In this document: in pieces, positions 57,653-58,890 of the stretch
How positions within the stretch are numbered: the first letter of the stretch is position 1
Layout: the number at the start of each line of letters is the position of its first letter
Origin: a virus
Lineage: Duplodnaviria; Caudoviricetes
Virus record (IMG/VR): IMGVR_UViG_3300032236_000503
Coordinates: 1-58,890 of that record
DNA: 58,890 bases
Reading direction: 5' to 3' (one strand)
Notes under the pieces: model-generated
What the model saw: only the letters and a program-made list of their open reading frames with translations
Database searches by the model: none
What the model was told of the DNA's origin: nothing
Made by a program: the position numbers and the translations under genes

Positions 57653-58005
57653 TTGCGTTTCACCTTCTGTTTAAATTCAGTTGGAAACCATTCGATAGCC
57701 CCGCCTTCGTATTTAACCGACATTGTTTGTTCGGGGGGTAGCCATTTTACAGGCGCTGCCTTGGCTTTCTTCATCACATACTTCTCATACTCCGGCACAT
57801 AACCAAAGACAAGACCGTCCTCATCAAGTCCAAATTTGACGGATGGTTCGGTACATCGCTCTTGCAGCAGCATCTCCGCTTTGTACTCGGGGGTACAGTC
57901 GGTGCAGACCCCCGATGAAATCCCGCCGGTAGTTAGCCCAGCAAGCTTCCATAATTCATATTGGTTCCTGCTGTCAAAGCAAAGTGGGTATGGTTTGTTA
58001 GCCAT
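57649..58005 (-). CDS. Cys-containing hypothetical protein
   Basis: PLCF...CTDCTPEY...RC. Confidence 0.65.
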   Translation of the reverse strand: MANKPYPLCFDSRNQYELWKLAGLTTGGISSGVCTDCTPEYKAEMLLQERCTEPSVKFGLDEDGLVFGYVPEYEKYVMKKAKAAPVKWLPPEQTMSVKYEGGAIEWFPTEFKQKVKRK

Positions 58006-58222
58006 TTAAATCCTTCAATTTATTTTTCAGCTCCACATTCTCCCGAAGCAAATATTCAATTATCTTCAGGTGGTCACTGCGGCGATCTTCCATAACGGAC
58101 AATACCCGTTTAAACTCATGTTTAAAATCGTCCAACCTTTTGGATAGCACCTCCATTTGATACCACGCATAATCATCGGTAATGCCCTGTGATATCACTT
58201 CGTCTTTAATTGGTTTATCCAT
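57998..58222 (-). CDS. hypothetical protein
   Basis: overlap-coupled ORF. Confidence 0.6.
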   Translation of the reverse strand: MDKPIKDEVISQGITDDYAWYQMEVLSKRLDDFKHEFKRVLSVMEDRRSDHLKIIEYLLRENVELKNKLKDLNG

Positions 58223-58400
58223 TTTTCTTCTCCTTCGATATTTCGTTTAAAGCTATATCAACCTCAGCTTGAGCCACCATCCCATCTTCATAGCCCCGCG
58301 CATATGAAGACTCCTCCATAGCAATCAGTTGGTTGATCAGCTTCTGCTGGATCTCGCATATCCGGGTAAGGCTGTCCAATGCTAGGTCTCTTTTGCTCAT
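58215..58400 (-). CDS. hypothetical protein
   Basis: overlap-coupled ORF. Confidence 0.6.
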   Translation of the reverse strand: MSKRDLALDSLTRICEIQQKLINQLIAMEESSYARGYEDGMVAQAEVDIALNEISKEKKNG

Positions 58401-58657
58401 GTGTTCCGCTCCTTTAATTTAGCGTTTATCAGGCGTGTAAAAATTCGGGTGAACTCCCTGCTGCCGTGACCAATCATGTGCCGCTGCGTTTCAACAAACA
58501 GGTCATCGGCATCTGCATCAGTGAGGTCTACCCATTTGCGTTTTGGCTTTCGTACCTTCCCCACCACATGACCATCAAGGTCAAGTACAAGCTTCTGCGC
58601 TGGGGCTGTATATTCCTTGGGAAAGGCATCACGGTATTTGATGGTCTCTTCTTTCAT
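58397..58657 (-). CDS. hypothetical phage protein
   Basis: WVDLTD...AKLKERNT motif. Confidence 0.65.
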   Translation of the reverse strand: MKEETIKYRDAFPKEYTAPAQKLVLDLDGHVVGKVRKPKRKWVDLTDADADDLFVETQRHMIGHGSREFTRIFTRLINAKLKERNT

Positions 58658-58818
58658 TTAACCTCCTCTATAGACACTTCTTCCCAAGCAGCAATGTGGT
58701 ACACATTGTTTTCACTGTCCGTGCAGTAGCTATACATACCATCAATATGATGGAACTTAAGTTTTATTCCATCGCTTAAAACAATTTGAGTGTTATTAGG
58801 AACTTCATATAGTTTCAT
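58654..58818 (-). CDS. 54-aa hypothetical protein
   Basis: manual translation MKLYEVPNN...FHHIDGMYSYC; ATGA overlap. Confidence 0.6.
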   Translation of the reverse strand: MKLYEVPNNTQIVLSDGIKLKFHHIDGMYSYCTDSENNVYHIAAWEEVSIEEVK

Positions 58819-58890
58819 GCGTTCTTCTCCAAAACAATGCGCTCAAGCACCGTCATGGCATTGGCGAGGTCTTCCACCAAGTAGTCGGGA

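Overview
The window looks like most of a ~59 kb tailed-phage genome of the podovirus type, with a P22-like portal, a short tail and large ejected internal proteins. A proteobacterial host is inferred from the SOS-box and sigma70 motifs. Layout: 1-3.7 kb minus-strand small ORFs plus a recombination module (SSB-like, Sak3-like annealase, PD-(D/E)XK exonuclease); 3.7-7.4 kb RusA, a ~730-nt non-coding structured block, nucleases and a T7-gp4/Twinkle-type primase-helicase; 7.4-13.1 kb a minus-strand, partly GC-rich block (VWA/metallopeptidase, MoxR-like AAA ATPase, SprT-like protease); 13.1-14.4 kb a control region; 13.6-55.3 kb packaging, head, tail, lysis and ejection genes ending in a 2756-aa polyvalent protein; 55.3-58.9 kb a Ref-like nuclease, a metallophosphoesterase, a hyper-acidic protein and small ORFs. 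I recognised no DNA polymerase or integrase. The most interesting signals are (1) an array of interlocking structured RNA modules at 4.1-4.85 kb (repeated scaffolds with variable inserts, an anticodon-less tRNA-like element, a loop antisense to a terminator); (2) six DnaA boxes plus tandem SOS boxes directly upstream of the small terminase; (3) strong genome-wide enrichment of GTTTAAAC; (4) a structured leader RNA after the capsid gene; (5) a shared [YFM]-[AK]-x-GG motif across many virion-region proteins. All calls come from reading by eye; no searches or folding programs were run.
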